Origin: a virus
Strand: one strand, 5' to 3'
Length of the DNA: 64,000 nucleotides
Virus record (IMG/VR): IMGVR_UViG_3300047444_000577
Span: 1 to 64,000 of that record
Each line of letters starts with the position of its first letter. Position 1 is the first letter of the stretch. Positions 1-9,019 of this stretch are shown here, in pieces. The notes below the pieces were generated by a model. That model ran no database searches. It saw nothing but the letters and a program-made list of their open reading frames with translations, and had not been told where the DNA came from. The position numbers and the translations under genes were made by a program.

Positions 1-275
1 CCGGGCACGTGGACGTAGTACGTGACCGCCGGGCATGCCGCAGTCGGGGACACGTGCGTCATGGGGGTGGTCTGCACCGTCTCGGTACGGTTCTGGGTGA
101 CGGTCGGATGGGGGCTGGCACTGGAATCCCCTTCCGAAGTCGGGGTCGCTGTCGAGGAAATTCCGATACGGTCTCCGGGAGAATTCCGATCCGGAATCAC
201 GGCAATTCCGACCACCGGAACGGCGAGAATTCCAATTACCGCAGCGGTGCGGGCGATGCCCTTTCCGATACTCAC
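1..275 (-). CDS. Membrane-anchored Ser/Thr/Pro-rich hypothetical protein (3' end truncated by window)
   Basis: GTG at 275 overlaps the upstream stop (GTGA). Manual translation MSIGKGIARTAAVIGILAVPVVGIAVIPDRNS... stays open to the window edge and has an N-terminal hydrophobic helix. Confidence 0.55.
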   Translation of the reverse strand, partial: MSIGKGIARTAAVIGILAVPVVGIAVIPDRNSPGDRIGISSTATPTSEGDSSASPHPTVTQNRTETVQTTPMTHVSPTAACPAVTYYVHVP

Positions 276-421
276 AGAATCACCGTTCCGTAGCCGTCGC
301 AGTGGACGCAGTCTGCCCCGTCGCGGTCCTCGCCGGTCCCGTGGCAACGCTTGCACTCGATCTCGTCAGGCGCGAAGTCCTGCGGATCGTGGGAAAAGTG
401 CTCATCCCGGTAGATGGTCAT
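272..421 (-). CDS. Small protein (49 aa) with DnaJ-type CxxCxGxG zinc-finger pair
   Basis: Manual translation MTIYRDEHFSHDPQDFAPDEIECKRCHGTGEDRDGADCVHCDGYGTVIL; below the ORF-track cutoff. Confidence 0.65.
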   Translation of the reverse strand: MTIYRDEHFSHDPQDFAPDEIECKRCHGTGEDRDGADCVHCDGYGTVIL

Positions 422-430
422 GTGAAGTAC

Positions 431-1960
431 TTACTCTCCCTGCTGGACGTGGACAGTTGGGATATCGACGATCTCCGCGTCGATGAAGCCCTGTTCGATC
501 ATGTTGTCGGCGAGTACGGGACGCTCCAACGCGGAAGCCGTCTCGCCCGCCTCGCGCCCGAAGATCCGGCTGAACATGCCAGCCTGCGCGTTGCCCTTGG
601 CTTCGACCTTGATGGAGAACGAGTCCTGCTCCAGCTCGGTCTTGACCTTGATCATCTTTTGGAGCCGGTCGAGTTCACCGGACAGGTTCGGATCCGCATA
701 TCCGCCGGTCAGGTCCTCCGCCATCTTCATGAACATCACCCGCTGGCCCTGCATCTCGATGAGCGAGTTCTGCAGTGCCTGCATCTGCGGGCGGGTCTTG
801 ATCTGGATCGGGATGTCGTAGGCGCAGTTGGTAGCCGGGTCGTAGGCCGGGCACTTCGTGGACAGGAAGCAGGAGGAGCAGACGCGCTGGGAGTGGCTGC
901 GAAGGGCAACCAGTGGGATGTCACGCTCTTTGTTCATCCCGTCCAGGTCGGTGTAGGCCTCCTTCTCCTGCACCACTCCCATGACCGGCAAGTTGATACG
1001 CGGGCGCTCTTTTCGGACCATTGCAGTTGATCCGCCATTGAGGGTTTCCGTACCCTCGGTACCAACTTCACCCCCACCCATTTGCGAGAAACCCGAAAGT
1101 AGCCCGGAGGGGGAAGTAGTAACTGGATCGGCTGGGACAGGTCCGTTGCCGCTGACGCTGGCCGCCAACTGCTGCCACGACCACAAGGTGAACCGCAGGA
1201 CCTCGTCGTTGTCCCCGGCCTCGATGCGCTCCGCGTCGAATCCTGCTTCGATGAAAAGCGTGCGGTGCCTTTTCCGGGCCTGGTCCTTGTATTTCTTGGG
1301 ATACCGCTTCAATTCCCGGCCGGTCCACACAATGGTGTCCCCGTATTGCGACGGGGAAAGCCAGGACGTCGATGCCACGGAATCCCAATTCACCGCCGCC
1401 ATTTCCGTTGGCTTGGTCATCGCGACACCGTGGAGCAGCGTTCCGTACTTCCGGGTGATCTCGTTGAGCACCGGGGTGAGGTTGCGGCCGTCGAGGTCGG
1501 TCTGCGCGACACCGACGCGCTTGTAGCGCTGGGCAAGTCGGTCGAGGTCGTCGATGCCCCACTCGGCGTGCCAGATGGGCAGGAACTTGTCGTCCGGGAT
1601 GTCGTCCCAGAAGTCCTCGCGCATGGCCTGGATCCACTCGCGTCCGAGAACGATGGCGTCGAACTCGGACACCATATGAAGCGCGTCGATGTTCTGCTGG
1701 ACGAAGGACATGTAGTGCGCGGCGATGTCCTTGAGTTCCCCGACGGTGTACTTGTCCTCGTCGGCCTTGTTGACCGTATAGGCACCGGAGTCTAGGAACA
1801 CCTTCTGGTTGGGCAGGTAGTGCTCCCCGATCAGCCAGGGCCGCGCAAACTTCGTCCTTCGCCTCAGGCCCATATAGGAGAGGGAGACGTTCTCGATCCC
1901 CTCCTCGGCCAACATCTTGCGCCAGCCAGGTATTTCCGAACCCCCAAAATAAAGGTCCAT
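431..1960 (-). CDS. TGT/DpdA-like (queuine tRNA-ribosyltransferase-like TIM-barrel) protein with C-terminal Cys cluster
   Basis: 509 aa. Motifs LYFGG, VFLDSGAYT, LHGVAMT and DSVASTSW resemble phage TGT-like proteins; CSSCFLSTKC...C lies in the C-terminal extension. Confidence 0.5.
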   Translation of the reverse strand: MDLYFGGSEIPGWRKMLAEEGIENVSLSYMGLRRRTKFARPWLIGEHYLPNQKVFLDSGAYTVNKADEDKYTVGELKDIAAHYMSFVQQNIDALHMVSEFDAIVLGREWIQAMREDFWDDIPDDKFLPIWHAEWGIDDLDRLAQRYKRVGVAQTDLDGRNLTPVLNEITRKYGTLLHGVAMTKPTEMAAVNWDSVASTSWLSPSQYGDTIVWTGRELKRYPKKYKDQARKRHRTLFIEAGFDAERIEAGDNDEVLRFTLWSWQQLAASVSGNGPVPADPVTTSPSGLLSGFSQMGGGEVGTEGTETLNGGSTAMVRKERPRINLPVMGVVQEKEAYTDLDGMNKERDIPLVALRSHSQRVCSSCFLSTKCPAYDPATNCAYDIPIQIKTRPQMQALQNSLIEMQGQRVMFMKMAEDLTGGYADPNLSGELDRLQKMIKVKTELEQDSFSIKVEAKGNAQAGMFSRIFGREAGETASALERPVLADNMIEQGFIDAEIVDIPTVHVQQGE

Positions 1961-2049
1961 GACGAGTGGGTTCTCCAGGTTGTTGTCGCCGGATTAGCCG
2001 GGTAGAAAGACCCTATGCCATTCCGGGCCACGAATGGGAAAGCGGGAGG

Positions 2050-3366
2050 CTACTCCCCGAACTGCTGCTTGTTCTTCGGGGTCGCTGCGCTGTGGCCTTC
2101 CGTGGTCAGCGAGTGGTACTGCTGGACCCGACCGCTCGCACCCTTCCGCACCTCGGAGGTCAGCAGACCCCGCTCCTTCAGACCGTGCACCACGGCAGGG
2201 GCGGCCACCACCTTGCCCGCCAACTGGTGATGGGCGTTGTCGATGGCGTGCTGCAGGTGAATGGGAAGTGTTCCGCTCGCTGCAGGCCTGGCGGACCGGT
2301 TCGGCGCAGCCGTGGGAGCGGGCGACGGAGTGGTCCTCTTGGCTGCCTTGGGTGAGGCGGTCGGCGTCGCGGTAGGTGTGGGCGCGGGTGCGGACGGGAT
2401 GGTATGTCCGGGCTGCAGAGCGCTCTTGGGGAACAGGCCGGGCTGGGTCACCCGGGGGCCTGCCGACTGCGAGGGTGCCGGAGCAGGGGCCTGCTTGGCC
2501 GGAGCGCTTCTCTCCAGCGTGTTCGCCGAGAACAGACCCGGCTGGGACATGCGCGGCTTGGACGACGGCTGCACGGGGGCGCTGACAGGCACTGACCTCT
2601 GTGGAGCGGCCGGGTCTGCCTGTGCGCTCGGCGACTTCGGCTTGGCAGTGCGGGCCACGGGAGTCGCGGCGGCCTTGGAGGCGGGGGCCTTTGGGGTTGT
2701 CCCTCCCTGGGCGGCGAACGGCTTGTTCCCCTGTTGCAGGTCGACCGGCTTCTGGGAGGGAAATGACCCGTCCCACCCACCTGCGCTGCTGCGGGGTCGA
2801 GGGGGCTGCGGGGCAGCGGAAGCACGGCTCCCGAACTGCTCCTGGGAATGAACCGGTCCGGAGGGCGGGGTGGTCGAGGAGGCTCCCTGTCGGGGGCCGA
2901 ACGCTGCTGCGACGTCATCGTGGGCGCTGGGAATGTGTCGCTGCGCCTGGATCTCGTCCATCCGGGCGTTGAAGGTATGAAGCAGGTCGCCTGCCGCGCC
3001 GGAGTAGTTGGCCTTGTGCTCGCCGCGTAGGCGGTCGAGCGCCTCACCGGAGCGCTGCATGACGCGTTCGTGGTGGGCCTGGTCATTGGCCTCGGTCGTA
3101 GCGTCGCTGTGCCTGGAGGCGAGTTTGCCCCCCATCCTCGTGGCCCACGCGTTCTGCGCCGGGCCGGACATCTTGGTCTCGGAGCCGGGCAGGACGGACT
3201 GAGTTGTCGGTGCCTTCGGGGCAGCGGTGGCGGTGGCGGGGGCGGGGGCGGTCTGGCCAGTGCCCCGGCCGCGTCCGGCTGTCTTCTTGGCCCTGGACCC
3301 GAACTGCGGGGAGTGCAGGCGCGCGGCGAATGCGGCGGCGTACCCGTGGATCGAATCAGCGCTCAT
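2050..3366 (-). CDS. Ala/Pro/Gln-rich low-complexity hypothetical protein
   Basis: 438-aa ORF overlapping the upstream gene end; repeated QFG and QPGLF motifs. Confidence 0.7.
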   Translation of the reverse strand: MSADSIHGYAAAFAARLHSPQFGSRAKKTAGRGRGTGQTAPAPATATAAPKAPTTQSVLPGSETKMSGPAQNAWATRMGGKLASRHSDATTEANDQAHHERVMQRSGEALDRLRGEHKANYSGAAGDLLHTFNARMDEIQAQRHIPSAHDDVAAAFGPRQGASSTTPPSGPVHSQEQFGSRASAAPQPPRPRSSAGGWDGSFPSQKPVDLQQGNKPFAAQGGTTPKAPASKAAATPVARTAKPKSPSAQADPAAPQRSVPVSAPVQPSSKPRMSQPGLFSANTLERSAPAKQAPAPAPSQSAGPRVTQPGLFPKSALQPGHTIPSAPAPTPTATPTASPKAAKRTTPSPAPTAAPNRSARPAASGTLPIHLQHAIDNAHHQLAGKVVAAPAVVHGLKERGLLTSEVRKGASGRVQQYHSLTTEGHSAATPKNKQQFGE

Positions 3367-3655
3367 GGCTGGAGTCCCTTCGTATGAAGTAGAGGTAGCG
3401 GTGCCCGGCAGCCAGGGAGATCAGGAAGCCGATGTTGATGAGGGACCGGCTCGACGCTGTCGAGGTCCAGAACAGGGCGCAGAAGAGGGTCACGTTGGTG
3501 CTGTAGATGAACAGCGCTACGGCCAGCCAGCGCTCGATGGCGTGGAGTACGGGCCAGACCGGCAGGGTGGCCCGTAGCAGCAGGGCGGCGAATGCTGCCC
3601 CGGTAATCGCGTTGAGGATGCGACATACGCTGATGAACGTCAGGAAGGTGTTCAT
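3356..3655 (-). CDS. Small multi-pass membrane protein (99 aa)
   Basis: ATG at 3655 (MNTFLTFISV...) overlaps the upstream stop; about 3 hydrophobic segments. Confidence 0.65.
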   Translation of the reverse strand: MNTFLTFISVCRILNAITGAAFAALLLRATLPVWPVLHAIERWLAVALFIYSTNVTLFCALFWTSTASSRSLINIGFLISLAAGHRYLYFIRRDSSHER

Positions 3656-4146
3656 AGGGTCTCCAGGAAGGGGCGCTGGTCTTCTTCGCGTAGTGCTCGT
3701 TGTCGCTCCACCTCGTCGACCAGTTCCGACCAGGGGGTGACGGTCTCCCGGTAGTCGGGGCGGAAGCGGGGGGAGGAGTAGTTGGGGTGCAGGTAGTTCA
3801 GGACCCCGGTGCCCCGGCTCATCACGTGGGCGGCGATCTGCGGGTTGGGTTCGATCAGCAGCTCTACGTGGCATCCGGCCTGACGTAGCCGGGACAGTTG
3901 CTGCATCCGGGCCTCGGAGGGGTCCTCGGGGTCTCTCAGGTGCGGGACGCCGAGGTAGGTGTGCTTGTCGAAGCCGTTGACGTGCAGCCAGTGCTTGACC
4001 GCGTCGGTGTCGGTGCGGTCGGTCAGGACAGCGACCTTGTATGCCTCCGCCAGGCCCAGGTACAGCCGGTGGCCCTGGGTGATGACGCCTTCGCCGACTT
4101 CTTTGGCCAGCACGCCCTCCAGGACGATGGCCACGGTGGCGCTCAT
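3652..4146 (-). CDS. Degenerate HAD-like protein (164 aa)
   Basis: ATG at 4146 (ATGA overlap). TVAIVLEGVLA resembles HAD motif I without the Asp; VAVLT resembles motif II. Confidence 0.5.
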   Translation of the reverse strand: MSATVAIVLEGVLAKEVGEGVITQGHRLYLGLAEAYKVAVLTDRTDTDAVKHWLHVNGFDKHTYLGVPHLRDPEDPSEARMQQLSRLRQAGCHVELLIEPNPQIAAHVMSRGTGVLNYLHPNYSSPRFRPDYRETVTPWSELVDEVERQRALREEDQRPFLETL

Positions 4147-5138
4147 GGCTGCCGCCTGTGGGAGGTGTTCCACAGGGCGGCCTTGGCCAAGGCGGTGGCC
4201 GCGTCGTCCAGGGGCCCGCCGTACAGGGAGGTCTCGTTGGCCTTGCGGGCTTCGGAGCCCATCGTGGCGATGGAGTTGAGGGCCTGGACGGTGCCCGCTT
4301 GCTTGTGGGCCTGCCAGCGGAAGTTGGCGTAGTCGCCGTAGCCGGATCCGCCGGGGCCGAAGGCGGCGTGGCGGCCGAGGTGGATGGCGTCGAACAGGGC
4401 CTTGGCGTGGTCGACGACCACCTTCTGCGAGGCCATGGCGTTGTGCCACGCCGGAGAGTTGACCGGTGTCTGGGCTGCCTGGGAGCGCAGCAGGTTGTAC
4501 CGCCCCACCAGCATGTCCGCCTGCTTCTGCTCGTCCTGGACGGCGTTCCACCACTCGGCCGGGTAGAGGCTGCGCGGATCGGCGGGCAGCTCGGGCGGCC
4601 GGATGTCCCAGCGGTCGTGGGTGAGGTTGTAGGCCGCGTAGGGGTGGATTCCCTGGATGCTGGAAGCGGTGGTGTCGGGGTTGAGGTAGTACGTGACCTC
4701 GTATGTCTGTCCGTTGAAGTCGGTGGTGGCGGTGGTGGGCCACAGCAGTGACTTGAGGTCGGAATTGACGAGGTCGGATACCTCTATTTCGGACAGTCCC
4801 TGATAGGAGGGGTTGTCCTGGTAGAAGCGCGGGTAGTCGACGCCGAGGAGGACGTCCAGGTCACCATTTCCCCGGTCTCCCGCCCATTGGTAGGAGATTC
4901 CGGATCCGGCCAGCCACACGGTCGACCAGGCGTGGGGGTTGGTGAATCTGGGACGCCAGAACCCGTACAGGACGCCGAGGATATGGTCGCGCACGGCGGG
5001 CTTGATGTGCTGCCCGTCGAAGATGTGCGGGTCAAGGACCTTCTGGGGTGTGATGAAGTACCCGGAGGCCCCCGAGTGGATATCAGGCTGCGCTTCCGTG
5101 GTTACCGCTCGATTGAGATAGAACTCGTATCCGGCCAT
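4143..5138 (-). CDS. Pol-beta superfamily nucleotidyltransferase
   Basis: WLAGSGISYQW...GDLDVLLGVD (hGS...DxD signature). Confidence 0.7.
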   Translation of the reverse strand: MAGYEFYLNRAVTTEAQPDIHSGASGYFITPQKVLDPHIFDGQHIKPAVRDHILGVLYGFWRPRFTNPHAWSTVWLAGSGISYQWAGDRGNGDLDVLLGVDYPRFYQDNPSYQGLSEIEVSDLVNSDLKSLLWPTTATTDFNGQTYEVTYYLNPDTTASSIQGIHPYAAYNLTHDRWDIRPPELPADPRSLYPAEWWNAVQDEQKQADMLVGRYNLLRSQAAQTPVNSPAWHNAMASQKVVVDHAKALFDAIHLGRHAAFGPGGSGYGDYANFRWQAHKQAGTVQALNSIATMGSEARKANETSLYGGPLDDAATALAKAALWNTSHRRQP

Positions 5139-5162
5139 GAATATGAGTCTATCCGGAAATGG

Positions 5163-5201
5163 CTAAGCCCCCGATTCCAGTAAAGGCAATCGGGGGCTTA
5201 G
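5163..5201. terminator. Intergenic stem-loop, probable terminator
   Basis: CTAAGCCCCCGATT...AATCGGGGGCTTAG perfect 14-bp stem. Confidence 0.6.
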
Positions 5202-5252
5202 TAGTTGCTATTTAGCCGTTGGGGTATTCGGGGATCCCATAGCCCTTAGCGG

Positions 5253-5660
5253 CTAGATCCCGTTGTGCGGCAGTTGGAGCCGATGGCGGATGGCGGACTC
5301 CTCCGCCTTGGCCTGCATGGCCTGGCCCATCTGCAGCATCTGCATCTGGGTCCGCTGGGCGGTCTCCATGACCTGGATGTCCTTCTGCACCACGGCGCAG
5401 GCCCCGAACATGTCGTCGGGGGTGGCCTGTCGCTGCGGGCGGAAGTCGGCGGAGAGGTCGTGGGTGGAGACGACCGCGCCGTCGGTGCCGATGACGACCA
5501 GGAACGCGGTGGTGACCGGGATGCCGGGGTCGATCTCGTCGTCGGTGGGAGGGTTGTCCTCGGCCATGCGCGCCAGAGCCTCCTCCTGCTCGGGCGTCAG
5601 GGTATGAAGCGTCTCGGCGGGGGCGGTGGGGGTGTTCTGGCCGATGATCGGAATGCTCAT
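5253..5660 (-). CDS. Hypothetical protein (135 aa)
   Basis: ATG at 5660 (MSIPIIGQN) preceded by a GGAG RBS. Confidence 0.7.
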   Translation of the reverse strand: MSIPIIGQNTPTAPAETLHTLTPEQEEALARMAEDNPPTDDEIDPGIPVTTAFLVVIGTDGAVVSTHDLSADFRPQRQATPDDMFGACAVVQKDIQVMETAQRTQMQMLQMGQAMQAKAEESAIRHRLQLPHNGI

Positions 5661-5701
5661 GTGTGCTCCATTTCGTGGTGCGGGTTGGGTTCCGAGTGGG
5701 G

Positions 5702-6202
5702 CTACTTGTTGTACAGCCCGGCCTTCTTGCGCGCGGCGGTGACGACGAGGCTGTGGACCGGGCAGAAGTTGCAGGTGTAGACGTCGCTGGCCGACCGGTA
5801 CTTGGGCAGCCCGGCGGCCTTGCGCTCCGCTGCGGTGCCGGGAGTGAGGCGCTTGCTGTCGGTCTTGTAGTCGCTGCAGTCGGGGTTGCGGTTGTGTGCC
5901 CGGAAGCACGCGTGGGCGTCCTCCTGGAACGTGTTCTTGGTGGCGTAGTACTCCGCGTTGAACCCCGTCTGACCGGACTTCTCCCGGATCTGCGCTTCGA
6001 TGGTCGCGCGGGTCGAGGGGACGTCCCAGTGGCTCTTGTCGACGCGGTGCAGGTGGCCGAAGTGCTCGTTGCCGTCGGGGAAGCGGTGGGCCTTGAGCAG
6101 TGCCTCAAGGAGGAAGTCCCGCTTCGGGTCGCCCTCGTAGTCGGGGAGTTCCTCCAGGGTCTTGCAGGTGTTGCACTGCAGCAGGCGGACGTGCTCAGCC
6201 AT
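5702..6202 (-). CDS. Hypothetical protein with Cys/His metal-binding motifs
   Basis: CNTC...H...H and C..H...C...CNFC; GGAAGGAAG RBS. Confidence 0.75.
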   Translation of the reverse strand: MAEHVRLLQCNTCKTLEELPDYEGDPKRDFLLEALLKAHRFPDGNEHFGHLHRVDKSHWDVPSTRATIEAQIREKSGQTGFNAEYYATKNTFQEDAHACFRAHNRNPDCSDYKTDSKRLTPGTAAERKAAGLPKYRSASDVYTCNFCPVHSLVVTAARKKAGLYNK

Positions 6203-6241
6203 GTCTTCCTTCCGGATTGGTTCCGTTGTCTCGAAACAATA

Positions 6242-6280
6242 GCATCCCCACTACTGTTTCGAAACCAGTAGTGGGGATGC
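6242..6280. terminator. Stem-loop downstream of endolysin
   Basis: GCATCCCCACTACTG...CAGTAGTGGGGATGC 15-bp stem. Confidence 0.65.
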
Positions 6281-6295
6281 AGTAGTGCTTGGTGC

Positions 6296-7276
6296 CTACT
6301 TGCCGGTGGCCAGGTAGCGTCCGAGTAGGACGTAGGAGTCCCCCGCCGACGCGCCCTGGATGGCGACCTGCTTGCCGGAGACGACGACCTGGCCCGCCTT
6401 GGCGTGAGTGAAGCCGATCGCCGCGTTGGCCGCGCTGCCGACCGCGATGACGACGTCACCGGCAGCAAGAGCCGCCTTGGCCACGTCCAGACGACCGGTG
6501 GCGACTGTCCCGCTGGGCTGGAAGGCGTCGGTCGCAGCCGCAGCCGTCAGGGAGTCGAGCGCCTCGCCGAAAATGACCATGGTGTATGCCTTCGCAGGAG
6601 CCGGGATGGGCTTGGGGATCGGGGCCGGGATGGGCTTGGGGATGGGCGCAGGAACAGGAGGCCTGACGACCGGGTGCGGAATGGCCAGTGCGGCCCAGGT
6701 GTGGAGGTCACCGTTGAGCAGGTTGTTGTCCACGCCGCCGATGATCCCGTACTGGTGCACGGTCCAGGTGGACCAGCCCTCGGTGTTCGGGTGTCCCGCT
6801 GGCGCGTTGGGATCCGCGATCCACAGCGGGTACGAGCGCAACTGCGCCTGGTGCGCCGGGCTGAGGACCGCCAGGATCTCCGCCGCGTAGGAGCGGTAGG
6901 TGTAGAACATCGGGCTCGCGCCGGTCTTGGCCTTGACGTGGGCGAGCCAGTTCAGGGCGTACAGCGCGCGCTGACCGATAGTGCCCTCGGCTGCTTCCAG
7001 GTCCAGTGCGAGGACATCGCCCGGCTTGGCCTTGGCGGAGGCGAGGAAGTGGTCCGCCTCCTTGATCGGATCCTGGGCGGGGTGAGCGAAGTGGTAGTGA
7101 CCCACCGCCTTCCCCGCCTTGCGCGCAGCGGCGACGATCCCGTCGTGGGTGGGGTCGCCTGTGTGCTCACCCTCGCTGGCCTTGGCCAGGATGAAACTGT
7201 TGTTGCGGCTGGCGACGGCCGCAGCCGACGAGCCAGCGGAGTTGTTGTCGGAGAGGTCGACACCGTGGAGAGCCAT
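6296..7276 (-). CDS. Endolysin, GH25 muramidase with Pro-rich linker and C-terminal putative cell-wall-binding domain
   Basis: ATG at 7276. Motifs GVDLS, KASEG, GHYHF, ALDLE, LWIA and HQY are typical of GH25; PIPKPIPAP linker. Confidence 0.85.
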   Translation of the reverse strand: MALHGVDLSDNNSAGSSAAAVASRNNSFILAKASEGEHTGDPTHDGIVAAARKAGKAVGHYHFAHPAQDPIKEADHFLASAKAKPGDVLALDLEAAEGTIGQRALYALNWLAHVKAKTGASPMFYTYRSYAAEILAVLSPAHQAQLRSYPLWIADPNAPAGHPNTEGWSTWTVHQYGIIGGVDNNLLNGDLHTWAALAIPHPVVRPPVPAPIPKPIPAPIPKPIPAPAKAYTMVIFGEALDSLTAAAATDAFQPSGTVATGRLDVAKAALAAGDVVIAVGSAANAAIGFTHAKAGQVVVSGKQVAIQGASAGDSYVLLGRYLATGK

Positions 7277-7281
7277 CGAAT

Positions 7282-7530
7282 TCAGAATCCTGCCTGCGCT
7301 GGTGGGGTCGGCACGTAGTTGGGGGTGCGCACCGGCTTGCCGTCGGGGCGCATCTTGATCGCGGCCTCGTGGCGGCTGTAGTACACGTCGTTGAGGTCGG
7401 CTCGGCTGCGTACGGTCAGCGAGTGGGTGGCCCCCTCGCCGCCACGGTCGACGACGATCTTGTTGTACTTGCCGTCGGTAGCGCCTTCGTCCATTTCGGC
7501 GTTCATGCTGCGGGAGGGTGGGTACGCCAT
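7282..7530 (-). CDS. Hypothetical protein (82 aa)
   Basis: ORF tiles tightly with neighbours (TAATG overlap). Confidence 0.65.
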   Translation of the reverse strand: MAYPPSRSMNAEMDEGATDGKYNKIVVDRGGEGATHSLTVRSRADLNDVYYSRHEAAIKMRPDGKPVRTPNYVPTPPAQAGF

Positions 7531-7700
7531 TACTTGGCTCGCTTTCCAGTGCCGTTCTGGCCGGTTGCGGTGTGGAACTCAGTGGACAGCGAGGACTTGG
7601 CCGACCCGGTGGAGCCGACACGGGCGACGTGGACGACATTGTCGCCCTTTCCCGGTCCGCGCTTGTCGTCGGCCCGATGCGCTTTCTTGTGCTCGGCCAT
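7530..7700 (-). CDS. Small basic hypothetical protein (56 aa)
   Basis: Manual translation MAEHKKAHRADDKRGPGKGDNV...KRAK; TGATG and TAATG overlaps on both sides. Confidence 0.6.
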   Translation of the reverse strand: MAEHKKAHRADDKRGPGKGDNVVHVARVGSTGSAKSSLSTEFHTATGQNGTGKRAK

Positions 7701-8002
7701 CAGAATCCCCCCAGGGTCGGCCTTGAGCTTCCAGAATATCCGCCACTGCCACCCGTTCCGTTAACGGGCGCACGATACACGGAGTTGATGTGGAGTACGT
7801 CCTGAATTCCCAGCGCCGTGGTGCGGTAACCGAACCTCGGAGGAAACAGCGGACGCACGACAGGGGCAGGTGGGCTTTGCAACGCAAGAACTGCCCCAGG
7901 AATGTTGGCAACGGCCAGAGAGTCCGTGACGATCCTCTCGGGGAGGGACTGCCACGGACTCATCCGGCTGTAAACGCTATCGGCGTTCTGCATATCAGCC
8001 AC
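7700..8002 (-). CDS. Hypothetical protein (100 aa)
   Basis: ORF tiles within the operon. Confidence 0.6.
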   Translation of the reverse strand: MADMQNADSVYSRMSPWQSLPERIVTDSLAVANIPGAVLALQSPPAPVVRPLFPPRFGYRTTALGIQDVLHINSVYRAPVNGTGGSGGYSGSSRPTLGGF

Positions 8003-8108
8003 CCGATCCCTGTGTCTTGGCCGCAGCCTTCTCGGACTGCAGCGGACCCTTCGGGGTGGCCTTCTTGATCGCGGCGACCTGGTCCTCGAATTCCTTCTTG
8101 CGGGACAC
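7995..8108 (-). CDS. Very small basic hypothetical protein (37 aa)
   Basis: GTG at 8108 after a GGAGG RBS; MSRKKEFEDQVAAIKKATPKG... Confidence 0.5.
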   Translation of the reverse strand: MSRKKEFEDQVAAIKKATPKGPLQSEKAAAKTQGSGG

Positions 8109-8110
8109 CG

Positions 8111-8659
8111 CTACCTCCACTGGTCCGGCGAGTTGTATAGAGACGCCGACGGCAGCAGCTTCTTGAGCCGCTGCTGGCGGACTGGGTCGATCTCGGCCAT
8201 GACCTCGGAGATCCCGTACTTCTGCTGCAGCGCGGCCATCTCGGCGGGTGACAAAGCGTTGACTTTGCCACCGTGGGCCAGGCGCTCGACGGGATTGCCC
8301 TTCTGCGTCCACTTGAGGCCCTTGGCCTGGTAGACCAGACCGGCCTGCGGATTGACTCCCCCGGTGTCGGGCCACGAGTAGTCGCCGTTGTCGAGCTTGT
8401 CGCCCTTATGTACACCGCGCTGGTAGGACCGGTCGTTCAAGCGCTTCTGGACGCCCTTCAGCAGGCGGTCCTGACGACGGTCGGTGATCGTTCCCAGGTA
8501 GCCGTCGGGATACTCCGCCGACGGGGCTCGGGCACCCATGGCGGCCCGCCGGGCATCCAGCGGGTCGCGGAAGGTGAGCGCGTCGGTACCGGCTCCACCA
8601 TTGGCCCGCACAATGGATCCGGGCTGGCCGTCGGCGAGGTATTGCCAGTTACTGCTCAT
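8111..8659 (-). CDS. Hypothetical protein (182 aa)
   Basis: ORF with GGGAG RBS; tiles in the operon. Confidence 0.7.
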   Translation of the reverse strand: MSSNWQYLADGQPGSIVRANGGAGTDALTFRDPLDARRAAMGARAPSAEYPDGYLGTITDRRQDRLLKGVQKRLNDRSYQRGVHKGDKLDNGDYSWPDTGGVNPQAGLVYQAKGLKWTQKGNPVERLAHGGKVNALSPAEMAALQQKYGISEVMAEIDPVRQQRLKKLLPSASLYNSPDQWR

Positions 8660-8673
8660 GGATGCGCTGCTCC

Positions 8674-9009
8674 CTACGCTCCCTGGCGGTACTGACGCCG
8701 GAGGTAGAAGTCGCGGTTGCCGATGGCCGACGGCACGGTGACGGTGTTGCGCTGGACATCGTTGGCGGCAGCCGCGTTGGCCGCGTACAGTGTCGCGGTC
8801 GGGTGCAGGGAAGCACCCATGCGCTCCTGGATGTTCGCCTTGTGCGAGGCGGTAGCGGCCTCCAGGAACCCACCCTTGGCCTCACCGGTCTTCTTGACCG
8901 ACTTGCCCTTGATGGGCTTGGCCACGTTGCCGAGGGTCGCGGCAGAGGTGCCCATGGTCGGCCGCAGCGACGGGTTGTCCGTCGACACGATGCTGTTCTT
9001 CTTGGCCAC
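8674..9009 (-). CDS. Basic hypothetical protein (111 aa)
   Basis: GTG at 9009 after AAGGAG. Confidence 0.65.
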   Translation of the reverse strand: MAKKNSIVSTDNPSLRPTMGTSAATLGNVAKPIKGKSVKKTGEAKGGFLEAATASHKANIQERMGASLHPTATLYAANAAAANDVQRNTVTVPSAIGNRDFYLRRQYRQGA

Positions 9010-9019
9010 GAGGGCTCCT

